In this document: positions 46,797-56,081 of the stretch, in pieces
Layout: every line of letters starts with the position of its first letter
Numbering within the stretch: the first letter of the stretch is position 1
Origin: an uncultured Rhodobacteraceae bacterium
Lineage (GTDB): Bacteria; Pseudomonadota; Alphaproteobacteria; Rhodobacterales; Rhodobacteraceae
Reading direction: 5' to 3'
NCBI GenBank assembly: GCA_943787985.1
Contig: CALSOO010000011.1
Coordinates: 34,444-98,443 of the forward strand
DNA length: 64,000 nucleotides
Position numbers and translations under genes: made by a program
Notes under the pieces: model-generated
What the model saw: only the letters and a program-made list of their open reading frames with translations
Databases searched by the model: none
What the model was told of the DNA's origin: nothing

Positions 46797-47352
46797 GATC
46801 GATGCCCCTGAAATAATTGATGACCTCCGTCACACCTCACCGATGGCCGTGACTGGAAATGGCTGGGCGCTCATTTCTGACCGTGTAATGGGCGGGGTTT
46901 CGGCCGGAACGATGCGACGCGAAATGGTCGACGGCCGCGAGGCGATCCGCATGCGAGGCGGCGTCAGCCTTGAGAATAACGGTGGCTTTCTCCAAGTCGC
47001 ACTGGATCTTGGTGATGCAGGCGGTGAAGTCGACGCGCGAAACTGGACCGGGATCAAGTTGGACGTTTTCGGGAACGACCAAGTCTACAACCTACATCTG
47101 CGGACATCAGATATTCACCGCCCCTGGAAATCTTACCGCCAAAGTTTCTGCGCTCCGTCCCGCTGGACGACTATCTACCTTCCGTTCTCCGAATTTGTGC
47201 CGCATCGAACGGAACGCCCGCTCAACACCGCCCGGCTTCGCCGAATTGGTCTGGTCGCGATTGGCAGAGAATTCGAGGCCGACATATCCATTGCCGACAT
47301 CCGCTTCTATACCGCTGCCGGAGAAGTGGAGGCAGCTTCGTCGCTGTCCTGA
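46795..47352 (+). CDS. CIA30-family (complex I intermediate-associated protein 30-like) protein
   Basis: GWALISDRVMGGVSAGTM...GGVSLENNGGFLQV...IKLDVFGNDQVYNLHLRT...RIGLVAIGREFEADISIADIRF fits the CIA30 beta-sandwich family pattern. Confidence 0.7.
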   Translation: MIDAPEIIDDLRHTSPMAVTGNGWALISDRVMGGVSAGTMRREMVDGREAIRMRGGVSLENNGGFLQVALDLGDAGGEVDARNWTGIKLDVFGNDQVYNLHLRTSDIHRPWKSYRQSFCAPSRWTTIYLPFSEFVPHRTERPLNTARLRRIGLVAIGREFEADISIADIRFYTAAGEVEAASSLS

Positions 47353-48612
47353 ACCGGTCTGTCTCGCTCTTGGCGTGCATCGGCAAAGGTTCGGTCCTGC
47401 CCTGCGAGAACAGCGTCCTTTCCGGTGAACTGTTGCCAACGCTCTATGGCAACATCGACATAGGCCGGATTGAGTTCGATCCCGTAGCAGACGCGACCCG
47501 TCGTCTCGGCAGCGATCAGCGTGGTGCCGGACCCCATGAAGGGCTCGTAGACCGCTTGACCCGGGCTGGAATTGTTGAGGATCGGCCGACGCATGCATTC
47601 GACGGGCTTCTGGGTGCCATGAACGGTTTCCGCATCCTGGTCCTTGTTGGCGATCTGCCAGAGCGTCGTCTGTTTGCGATCACCGGCCCAATGGCCCTTG
47701 CCGGTCTTTTTCACGGCATAAAGGCATGGTTCGTGCTGCCAGTGATAATCACCGCGGCTCAAGCACCAGACGGTCTTTTGCCCAGATGATCTGCGACCGG
47801 ATATTGAAGCCGGAGGCAGTCAGGCTGTCGGCGACTGTCGTTGCATGCAGCGCGCCGTGCCAGACATAGGCCACATCACCTGGGAATAGCGCCCAGGCCT
47901 CGCGCCAATCGGCGCGGTCATCATTCAGCACCTTGCCGGTGCGCTTGGTGGCGGCAGCCCCTGCCTTGTTGCGCCAGCCGGGATCGTATTCGACGCCATA
48001 GGGCGGATCGGTCACCATCAGGAGCGGTTTCACATCACCGAGCAGACGCTCAACATCGGTGGCAACGGTCGCATCACCGCAGAGCAGTCGGTGCTTGCCG
48101 AGCACCCAGAGATCGCCAGGGTGGCTGATCGGGATTTCAGGTACGTCAGGAACATCGTCCTCGCCCTCACGAGAGGCGGTTTCAAGGTCGACCTCTCCAG
48201 CCAACAGCGCCTCGAGCTCAGCGTCGTCGAAACCAATGAGCGACAGGTCGTAGTCCTCGGCCAGCAGGTCGTTCAGTTCCGCCGAAAGCAGCGCCTCATC
48301 CCACGTACCGAGCTCAGTCAGCTTGTTGTCCGCGATCCGATAAGCCCGGCGCTGCGCCTCGGTCAGATGCCCCAGCACGATCACCGGCGCATCCGTCAGC
48401 CCGAGCTGCGTGGCGGCCAGCACCCGGCCATGGCCCGCGATCAACTCGCCGTCGTCCGCGACGAGGCAGGGAACGGTCCAGCCAAACTCGGCCATGCTCG
48501 CCGCGATCTTCGCAACCTGATCCGCGCCATGCGCCTTCGCGTTTTTCGCGTAGGGCTGGAGCTTGGCCAGCGGCCAGGTCTCGATCGCGTCAGGGGCAAA
48601 GCTCAGGGTCAT
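47307..48612 (-). pseudogene. ParB-like-nuclease-domain DNA methyltransferase, split by a 1-nt frameshift near 47768
   Basis: ORF 47749-48717 (start taken at ATG 48612) carries the ParB N-domain (IAGHGRVLAA) and the MTase DPPYG motif. ORF 47307-47762 continues ...SRGDYHWQHEPC...TQKP...FMGSGTT in another frame. The junction reads RLVL/SRGDYHW. Confidence 0.8.
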
Positions 48613-48936
48613 GATGGTCAGATCGCCTTGGTGGGGTGGATCCCCTGGACTCCGGACACCCGCAGCCAGCCTGGACTCCGCAAGGGTCCAGCGGCCACCG
48701 GACGTGTCCGGTTCCAAGAGTTTGTTTTGTTGTGGTTTTCAGCAGGTCTCGGGTGGATGCCCTCTGGGGTGGCTTCCCAAAAAACCGGCCCTGTCGCTGG
48801 CGATATTGCGCGCTTCGCCCGCCCGTATACGTTTGTGGCCAGGAAGGACCCGTAAAGTCAGTGGGTTAGCCGCCTAGCCCCCAACTGGACCCTTCGGTGG
48901 ACCCCGGAAGCCAGTGGGACATCCAGCAACGAAAAC

Positions 48937-48967
48937 GGGGAGAGCCGTTTTCCAACGTACTCTCCCC
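48937..48967 (-). terminator. rho-independent terminator ending the early operon
   Basis: On the minus strand: GGGGAGAG-(ta CGTT ggaa AACG g)-CTCTCCCC followed by GTTTTCGTTG, ~70 nt after the stop at 49040. Confidence 0.55.
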
Positions 48968-49039
48968 ATTATGCCCTACGGATAGCACAGAAATGTTGCA
49001 TGTGTCGAACACAAAAGTGTTGCAACACATTGGATTCGC

Positions 49040-49417
49040 TCAAGCATTCAGTCGTGAGGCAATCTTGGTAAGCGCCAGCTGCCACCTCCTCCACGCAGTT
49101 GTACGATCACACCCTAATTCACCACTGATCTGTTTCCACGGCACGCGGGCAGCACGCGACCAGACCAGCTTGCGCTCGGCCTCCTCGATCCAAAGCACCC
49201 AGTCAAAGGTCTGCTCGAGCCGGGTGATCGACGCCGCCGAAGGCCAGACGCGCATGGGTTGCGGTTCCATCGCTGCGATCTCGCGGCTGGTCCGCACGAT
49301 GTCCGGCCATGCGTTGAAATACCCACGGGCCTTGACCGGCGGTAGCTTCCGGAGCGTGCGGAACGCTTCCTCGAAATGATCGGCGACATCGTCAGCAGTC
49401 CAGATGTGATCAGCCAT
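49040..49417 (-). CDS. DUF6362-like phage protein
   Basis: 125 aa. HFEEAFRTLRKLPPVKARGYFNAWPDIVR...ERKLVWSRAARVPWKQISGELGCDRTTAWRRWQLAL resembles the family as I recall it. Confidence 0.5.
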   Translation of the reverse strand: MADHIWTADDVADHFEEAFRTLRKLPPVKARGYFNAWPDIVRTSREIAAMEPQPMRVWPSAASITRLEQTFDWVLWIEEAERKLVWSRAARVPWKQISGELGCDRTTAWRRWQLALTKIASRLNA

Positions 49418-49607
49418 GACGCACCTCCCCTGCAGGGCGTGGCCCGTAGAGCTTCGTACCCAGTTGTTCGACCAGTTCGCGTTCGGGCCAAGTCAGGCGT
49501 TGGTCATCGACACTGACAGCCAGCACACCCAGTTCTTGCCAGCCCTCCTGCTTGACCTGCTCGGGGTCGCGGCGCTGACCGCCATAGCCTTTGGGGGTGA
49601 ACCTCAT
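49410..49607 (-). CDS. hypothetical phage protein
   Basis: 65-aa ORF tightly packed between neighbours, overlapping by 8 nt and 4 nt. Confidence 0.45.
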   Translation of the reverse strand: MRFTPKGYGGQRRDPEQVKQEGWQELGVLAVSVDDQRLTWPERELVEQLGTKLYGPRPAGEVRHG

Positions 49608-50089
49608 GCCGCACCTCCCTGGGTCTCGATAGCCCAGTGGAGGATGGCGATGGCGTCAGCCTCATTGTCGTCGGCCGGGCTGAAGCCTCGGGCGCGCGCT
49701 GCGTCGATCATCGCCTGCTTTGGCGCGTTACCCTTGCCGGTCGCGTAGCGCTTGATGGTGCCGACGGGCACGCCCTCATATGGAATGCCCCTGAGTTCGG
49801 CCCAGCTGGTCAGCGACGCCATCAGGCCCCCATAGACATGGGCCGCGTCGGTGCCTGCATGGCGACGGACTTCCTCGAACCAGATCGCCGCGCAAGGGCC
49901 CGACAGTCGATCCAATTCGGTCAGCCAGTTGGTGAAACGCAGATAGCGCATTCCACCGCCATCGTAGCGTCCAGGTTTGAACGACGCCGTGCCGGTGGTG
50001 ATCAGCCCGTCAAAGGTCCGGAGCGCCCAGCCCGTCGTGGTTCCAAGATCGAGCGCCAGAATGCAGCGCTGCATTTGTGATTGGGTCAT
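49604..50089 (-). CDS. RuvC-like Holliday junction resolvase (RNase H fold)
   Basis: 161 aa with catalytic-type motifs ILALDLGTTTGWAL ... WFEEV ... DNEADAIAIL. Confidence 0.65.
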   Translation of the reverse strand: MTQSQMQRCILALDLGTTTGWALRTFDGLITTGTASFKPGRYDGGGMRYLRFTNWLTELDRLSGPCAAIWFEEVRRHAGTDAAHVYGGLMASLTSWAELRGIPYEGVPVGTIKRYATGKGNAPKQAMIDAARARGFSPADDNEADAIAILHWAIETQGGAA

Positions 50090-50240
50090 GACGACCTCCT
50101 CTTCGGTTTGCCGGGCTCGGCGAGAGGGCTGGCCGGTGAAGGCTGCGGTCTCGCCAGGCCCCGAAGGGTGGTCTGGTCACGTCAGGCGCAGGGCGATCGG
50201 GTCGCACTGCGAATTATTCTTGGGCTTCAATGTCCCCCCG

Positions 50241-50398
50241 TGAAGGATTGGGGCCGCTAACCCATTGCCCAGTCTCTATAATATATAATTATTCAATTAT
50301 TATATAGTTATAGTGGGTGTCTCTCTATTTCTAAACGCGCGCGCATACACGCGAGTGGTATAGGTATCCTCTTGAAAGATTGAAGAATGTGAAGGAAT
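50241..50398. other. candidate phage replication origin: iteron-like TGAARRAT repeats flanking an AT-rich block
   Basis: TGAAGGAT at 50241. An almost pure A/T stretch at 50277-50313. Alternating GC tract ACGCGCGCGCATACACGCG. TGAAAGAT, TGAAGAAT and TGAAGGAAT in tandem at 50373, 50381 and 50390. The region lies in the gap between the primase and ruvC-like genes. Confidence 0.35.
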
Positions 50399-50433
50399 CT
50401 GTTTTCGGTTATCTTTCATACGGTTAGGCAGCA

Positions 50434-52758
50434 TTACAGTTCCTTCTGACTGACTTTGCGCCCTGAAGCATCTCGCCAGGGGCCCATCCAGCGGGCCATC
50501 CGGTACACCATGGCCTGCCGCGTCGATGATCCTCGCATACCCGTCGTGACGTCTCCGGTTTCGATCAGTGTGAGCAGGATCTCATCACGGTCGCGGGATT
50601 TCAGCCACTGGGAGGCACGCGTGATTTCCGACTTGGTAATCCCGTTCGCTCCTGCTGCGCGGATTACCTCCTTAAGCCGTTTCAGGTGGGCTTCGGTCTC
50701 TGTGTCGGCCACGTGGCGCTCAACTGCCTCCATGGTCTGCCGCGCATAGTGGCGCACGAAGTCGATAGCCCAGTCCGCCACCGAGAGGTCGATCTCGGGT
50801 TTTGCCGGGTCGCGCCCAACCGCTACGATCAGCGCCAGCTTCAACGCGTTTTCACCAATGCGAGCCAGGATCGCTGTGAATGCTGTCCCGGCTGCAGCCC
50901 GCAATTCCTCCGTCAATTCGGCACTCAGTGCCTTGAAACGCGCCCTCGCTTCATCGGTCATGGGCACGATGGTCGGATTTACTGTCGTGTTCTGATCGGC
51001 CGTCTTGCCCGCAAGATTGCCCTTCTGGTGCCCACCCCCAGCGGCCACGCCCTGCAATCCGTGGATCAGTGCTTGCGGTGCCTGGCGGATCCCAACGGCG
51101 ATGTTCTCGTCCGGGTAATCCTCGTCGCTGGGCAGGATCAGAAACCGAGCGAGCGAGCCATCGACCACATTTGCCCCCTGCAGCGCGCCCCAGAAGTGCA
51201 AGGGCGTCGTGGTGCCATAGACGCAAAGACAGGGCTGAACGATGTCGCGCCGTTCGTTCGACCCATCACGGTTGGCGTATTCCGCGCCGAGAAAGATTCC
51301 GCCCGCTGCGGTATAGAGCTCGGTCATGTTGTCGAGGATCTCGGTGATATGACGCGGACTGCGCCGTCGATCGGCTGCCGCCGCCAGGAACATGCCGAAT
51401 TCGTCGATCTGGAACAGGATCGCGGGCTGGCGGTGCAGCGCGGTCAGAAGACCCGCCCCGGAGGCGATCTTGTTGCCACCGAGATGATGCGCCAGCCCCG
51501 CCTCGAAGAAGACCTCGTTGATGATCTCGCGGGCGTGGTTTTTCCCCGACCCGCTGTCGGCGATGCCGACGACATACAGGTTCGAACGCAGGTTGCTTTC
51601 GGTCCGATACTGCCGCCCCATCAGAGCGCCGATCGCACAGAGGCTCGCTCCGAGCGACAAAAGCGGCTGCGGTCGCCGGGCCGTCGACAGCATGTAATCC
51701 GTCAAATCACCCACCAGCCCGTCGGGCATCTCCAGCGTGAACGGCGAGCTCGCCGGGGTTTCGACGCCTTCTTCAGGATTACCATCCAGCCTCGACAACA
51801 GCCCCGCCGCTGGATGCTTGCCGTCGCAGGCCATAGACCCATCAAGCCGCAGCGATGCGTCAGGCTGCCAGCCGCGCTCCATGGCGAGGTGATAGATCGT
51901 ACCAGCCCCGATGCGATCGGGTTTGAAGCTCGTCCACGCCTTGGCGGTGGTCGCGGGTACGTCCTTCGCAGCCTGCGCTGACCAATCCGTGAACAGGTCT
52001 TTACCGGCTTCACCGAGCGCGCCCTTCAGGGCCATACCAACCCGCATCCAGCTGTCGTAGTCGAGTTCCAGGTTGGGCAACCATTCCAACGCCGCCTGGA
52101 TGGCAGGCCTTGTACCGACCTGGTTATGGCTACGCAGGTGTTCTGCCGCAGGCGACATGGCTGAAAACCCTCGCTGCCGTAACGACTCGGGGAGCAGCGC
52201 ATAAGCCTCGTCCAAGAATGCGGCTGCTGTCTCGGTGGTGATTTCTGGCAGATCGGTGATGTCGAGATCAGCCAGCCCTTCCTCGGGCCAGACATAGGGG
52301 GCGCACGTGTCCGGATGATCGGCATAAGCAAGGAACTGCTGGCCGAGGCAGAGCACTTCCAAAGGGTGGTGCTTGATTCCCCGGAACGGCGCGGCCGTGC
52401 GGTAAATCAGCATGCGCTTTGGGGCGCGACCAATGCGCAAGGCGGGCGTATCGCCCAGCCGTTGGCGCGCAAGTTGCTCGATCTGGAGCGCCAATTCAGG
52501 ATCCTCGACGATATCGATGTCGACAGCAGCAACTGCGCCGCCAACGATCCCGATGCCGCACTCGGGCCAAGCCGACCATGTCATCACCTCCACCTCGGTC
52601 GTGGGGCGCTCTGCATGCCGGTTCCATTCTGGATAATCGGTCCAGGCCCCTCGTTGGAACCGCCCCGGCTTCTTGGTGCCCGGGCCAATCGGCAGAATGG
52701 CATAGCCGTTGGTGACCAGCCGCGCGCCGAAACGCGCCATGTAGGATGTCTCGGCCAT
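50434..52758 (-). CDS. phage primase-polymerase (PrimPol N-domain) fused to DUF3987/helicase-like ATPase
   Basis: Start ATG 52758 (MAETSYMARF...) shares one nt with the upstream stop. PrimPol motif AAVDIDI, a central primase-C-like region, and P-loop GIADSGSGKNH. Confidence 0.8.
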   Translation of the reverse strand: MAETSYMARFGARLVTNGYAILPIGPGTKKPGRFQRGAWTDYPEWNRHAERPTTEVEVMTWSAWPECGIGIVGGAVAAVDIDIVEDPELALQIEQLARQRLGDTPALRIGRAPKRMLIYRTAAPFRGIKHHPLEVLCLGQQFLAYADHPDTCAPYVWPEEGLADLDITDLPEITTETAAAFLDEAYALLPESLRQRGFSAMSPAAEHLRSHNQVGTRPAIQAALEWLPNLELDYDSWMRVGMALKGALGEAGKDLFTDWSAQAAKDVPATTAKAWTSFKPDRIGAGTIYHLAMERGWQPDASLRLDGSMACDGKHPAAGLLSRLDGNPEEGVETPASSPFTLEMPDGLVGDLTDYMLSTARRPQPLLSLGASLCAIGALMGRQYRTESNLRSNLYVVGIADSGSGKNHAREIINEVFFEAGLAHHLGGNKIASGAGLLTALHRQPAILFQIDEFGMFLAAAADRRRSPRHITEILDNMTELYTAAGGIFLGAEYANRDGSNERRDIVQPCLCVYGTTTPLHFWGALQGANVVDGSLARFLILPSDEDYPDENIAVGIRQAPQALIHGLQGVAAGGGHQKGNLAGKTADQNTTVNPTIVPMTDEARARFKALSAELTEELRAAAGTAFTAILARIGENALKLALIVAVGRDPAKPEIDLSVADWAIDFVRHYARQTMEAVERHVADTETEAHLKRLKEVIRAAGANGITKSEITRASQWLKSRDRDEILLTLIETGDVTTGMRGSSTRQAMVYRMARWMGPWRDASGRKVSQKEL

Positions 52759-53144
52759 CAGAAGGGCACCTCCGGGCTCATCCCGTCGAGCCGCGTGCGG
52801 TCCTTGGCCGCAAGCTCCCGCAGGTGGTCGCAATATCCGGTGACGACCGCGTCGATGAAGCGGTCCCACTCGGTCTCGGTCAGCGTCGTTAAATCGGATT
52901 TACCTATGCTCTCGAGGTATTCACCGCCTTGTTGGCCGCCGACGCTCATGGCCTCGCTCTCGTTCGGAGTGGGGTCGATCATGCCCTTCCTCCCATGGCA
53001 GATGTCCTGGCAGGCGCGAGAGCAGAGGCGCTTGCGGCTTGCGTCCCTTCGCTGGTCCGAGATCCGGAAGATCGGGTTGAACCAGCCAAAGCCGCGAGGT
53101 TCCCGGTGGCAGACGGCGCAGAGGCCGGGGTGGATTTGGCGCAT
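52758..53144 (-). CDS. DUF6511-like phage protein
   Basis: 128 aa with an N-terminal Cys motif (CAVCHREPRGFGW). Overlaps the 3' end of the helicase ORF by 166 nt in another frame. Confidence 0.5.
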   Translation of the reverse strand: MRQIHPGLCAVCHREPRGFGWFNPIFRISDQRRDASRKRLCSRACQDICHGRKGMIDPTPNESEAMSVGGQQGGEYLESIGKSDLTTLTETEWDRFIDAVVTGYCDHLRELAAKDRTRLDGMSPEVPF

Positions 53145-54718
53145 GGATCGAACCTGTAGCCGGAGATTTCAAAATAGCGGCCCGATGGACGGACCGAGAT
53201 TTCGCTTGGGCCCGTGAGACGGTTTGCCTGCGCAATGGCCTCATTCACGCTAAGCGGAACGGGCAGACCTGGTGCACGTTTGCGCCACCAATCGGCGGCC
53301 TTCTGGCGCGCATAGCCCTTATGCTCGAAACAGACCCATTCGCTGTAGGTGGCAAGACCGCAGCTGTAAGTGACCTTGAGCGACGGCCGCCCGCCGCGTT
53401 TGTCGTGTCGGGTGTAGGATACGCCGCTCACCTGCAGCCATTGAGACGCTTTTGGCGACAGGACCGGCAGCGTGGCTGCGGTCGGCGCAATCTTCACCTC
53501 ACGGGCCGGGAATTCATAGCCGCAGTCCGGACATTCGGTGGCCGAGAGCGCCACGATGCTCTCACACATGGGGCAGACCTTTGTGGGTGCCTCGCCCCCG
53601 CCATTCTCGCCGGGACGTTTCGGACGCACGAGATCGATCGGCCCGTGGCGTCGAACATTGCCCGCGAAATCCAGAACGAGGCAGTTCTCCTTGCCCGGTG
53701 CCAGACGCGTGCCTCGACCGACCATCTGGACATAGAGCCCGGCCGATTGCGTCGGACGCAGGAGCGCAATGAGATCGACGGCCGGGGCGTTGAAGCCGGT
53801 AGTCAGCACGCCCATCGACGCCAACGCGCGGATTTCGCCCCGCTTGAACGCGGCGATGATGGCATCTCGCTCGTCCTTGGGTGTGTCCCCGAAAATCGTC
53901 TGACAGGTGATACCCTGACGTCCGAATTCCTCAGCGACATGGCGGGCGTGATCGACACCCGAACAGAAGGCCAACCAGGATTTCCGATCCTTGCCATACT
54001 CGATGATCTCGGTGACAGCCGCCCGGGTGGTCGCCTCCTGGTCGACCGCCGCCGCCAGGTCGCGGGCAATGAAATCACCAGCGCGGGTGCCGACCTTCGA
54101 CACATCAAGCCGGGTGGCGGGCTGCTTTGAAACAAGCGGGCTTAGAAAGGCCTGATCGATCAGGTCGCGGACCGGGGCTTCGTAGGCGATGTCCGTAAAG
54201 AGCGCGTTCTTGCCTTCATGCAGCATGCCGCTGTCGAGCCGAAACGGCGTGGCCGTGAGACCGATTACCTTCAGCGCCGGGTTGATCGCGCTCAGCGCAT
54301 CGAGAAAACGCCGATACATGGTGCTTGATTTGCCCGGGATCAGATGGGCCTCGTCGATCAGCACCAGATCGGTGTGGCCGATTTCGCGGGCCCGGCGATG
54401 GATCGACTGGATGCCTGCGAACAAGACGCGCGCCTGCGCCTCGCGCTTACCCAGACCCGCCGAATAGATGCCCGCTGGCGCGTCAGGCCAAAGGCCGATC
54501 ATCTCGGCATAGTTCTGCGCGATCAGCTTGCGCACATGGGTCACGATCAGGATGCGCTGATCAGGCCAGGTCTTCAGCACCTCTTCGATGAAGGCGGCCA
54601 TGACGAGGCTCTTGCCCCCAGCTGTTGGAATGACCACCAGCGGATTGCCGGTGTTGCTCTGGAAATAGCCGTAGATCGAAGAGATCGCAGCGTTTTGGTA
54701 TGGGCGCAGGGTCAGCAT
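52979..54718 (-). CDS. DEAD/DEAH-box (SF2) helicase
   Basis: Motif I PTAGGKS, motif II LIDEAH, motif III LTATP, and a C-terminal zinc ribbon CPMCESIVALSATECPDC. Confidence 0.85.
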   Translation of the reverse strand: MLTLRPYQNAAISSIYGYFQSNTGNPLVVIPTAGGKSLVMAAFIEEVLKTWPDQRILIVTHVRKLIAQNYAEMIGLWPDAPAGIYSAGLGKREAQARVLFAGIQSIHRRAREIGHTDLVLIDEAHLIPGKSSTMYRRFLDALSAINPALKVIGLTATPFRLDSGMLHEGKNALFTDIAYEAPVRDLIDQAFLSPLVSKQPATRLDVSKVGTRAGDFIARDLAAAVDQEATTRAAVTEIIEYGKDRKSWLAFCSGVDHARHVAEEFGRQGITCQTIFGDTPKDERDAIIAAFKRGEIRALASMGVLTTGFNAPAVDLIALLRPTQSAGLYVQMVGRGTRLAPGKENCLVLDFAGNVRRHGPIDLVRPKRPGENGGGEAPTKVCPMCESIVALSATECPDCGYEFPAREVKIAPTAATLPVLSPKASQWLQVSGVSYTRHDKRGGRPSLKVTYSCGLATYSEWVCFEHKGYARQKAADWWRKRAPGLPVPLSVNEAIAQANRLTGPSEISVRPSGRYFEISGYRFDPCAKSTPASAPSATGNLAALAGSTRSSGSRTSEGTQAASASALAPARTSAMGGRA

Positions 54719-55659
54719 GGCGCGGCCTCCGTGGTACGAGCGTCATTTGACCAGGAGGAGCCATCGGCCATGCGGTAGGTGACGATGTCGTCTCCCGCAT
54801 CGACGACCTCACCCGGCACGAGATCGGGGATGAAGAGATGTTTGCCGCAGGCAGCACGCTGCTCGGGTGGAGCCAGCATCCGGTCGTGGCGGGCGCAGTG
54901 CCAACCGCCGTCAATGGGCGTCGAATGCAGACAGGACCGGCAGGTCATAGCCGTACCGGCACCCTCATGGCAGGCGATGTGGTGATCGCAGAACCGGCAT
55001 TCGAACCAAGCCGGGTCCTCGCTGATCCGCACGGGTGGATGCTGGGCGAATATGACCCGACCGGCCTTGTCCAACAGGCGTTCGGCCATGGCTGGATCGG
55101 CCTCAACCCGTTCGATATGCAACGCGTCGGTATCCTTGCAGACTGCGACGTAGAGCGCGCGGATGATGCCGGTCAGGTGCATGTAGATCTGCATCTGCGC
55201 CGCATGTTGCGGCTTCGACAGCACCACGCCTTTTGAAGTCAAGTCGGCAAAGCTCTTCGCTGAATGCGTCTTGAATTCCAGAACGTGCCAGGTTTTCGGG
55301 GCCTCAAGCAGCCCGAGGGCGACGCCATCAAGCGAGCCGCCAAAGTGGCCGCCATGGGCTTCGACGCGGAACTGGCGGCCAGTGTCCGGATCGACCTCAA
55401 GCACGGTCGCACCGGTGGCGCGCAGGTTGCGGACCATACGGTCCTCTTCCAGTTGGCCGGTCTCGAACAGACGCAGCAGACGGCCGGAATGGCGTGAAGG
55501 CGTCACCCAGCGGAAATCATACCAGAGCTCGCGTGCGCAGGATTTGCCGATGATCGACGCGCCAAGGTGATCGCGAAAGCCATCGCCCTGCCGCTCCTCA
55601 TAAGACGCATAGATCGCCGTCAGTGTCGGCGTTGTTGGTGAGGGAAGATCAGCCATCAC
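54712..55659 (-). CDS. PD-(D/E)XK nuclease with C-terminal Cys cluster (Cas4/phage exonuclease-like)
   Basis: D...LEFK motif (GGSLDGV..., HVLEFKTH) and Cys residues CRFCDHHIAC...CRSC...C...C, suggesting an Fe-S or Zn site. Confidence 0.6.
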   Translation of the reverse strand: MMADLPSPTTPTLTAIYASYEERQGDGFRDHLGASIIGKSCARELWYDFRWVTPSRHSGRLLRLFETGQLEEDRMVRNLRATGATVLEVDPDTGRQFRVEAHGGHFGGSLDGVALGLLEAPKTWHVLEFKTHSAKSFADLTSKGVVLSKPQHAAQMQIYMHLTGIIRALYVAVCKDTDALHIERVEADPAMAERLLDKAGRVIFAQHPPVRISEDPAWFECRFCDHHIACHEGAGTAMTCRSCLHSTPIDGGWHCARHDRMLAPPEQRAACGKHLFIPDLVPGEVVDAGDDIVTYRMADGSSWSNDARTTEAAPC

Positions 55660-56018
55660 AAGCCCTCCCGTTCACTGCGGGCCTGGGCCTCGGCCAGAAT
55701 GTCGTCCCAGGTCTCCGGGTCATGCCGGTCACGCAAAACGCCGATTAGGGCGTCCTTCAGCTTCTCGCGACGACGGCGGCCGGTTCCTTTCGCCAGCAGT
55801 TCTGCCCGTTCGCGGCACAGGTGGCGCAGCGCGGTCCGTGCCCGGTGGAACCAGTCGGGATCGATGGGTTTTTGCCCCCGCTGGCGTGCCAGATCGGCGG
55901 TCGCGATTTGTGTGCGGATCTTGGCAATATCGTCGTCGAGTTCGATCAACCGGCGCTGGTCTTCAGGCAAGCCGGGGCTGATCACGGCCACAGGGGCCGC
56001 ATTGGTCAGATCAGTCAT
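55656..56018 (-). CDS. hypothetical phage protein
   Basis: 120-aa ORF with a 4-nt overlap to the downstream gene. Helical and charged. Confidence 0.5.
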   Translation of the reverse strand: MTDLTNAAPVAVISPGLPEDQRRLIELDDDIAKIRTQIATADLARQRGQKPIDPDWFHRARTALRHLCRERAELLAKGTGRRRREKLKDALIGVLRDRHDPETWDDILAEAQARSEREGL

Positions 56019-56081
56019 GGAAATATCCTCAGATGTGTTTGGGCGCTGCCCCGGCGAACAGGGGCGGAGCAGCGCGGAGCA

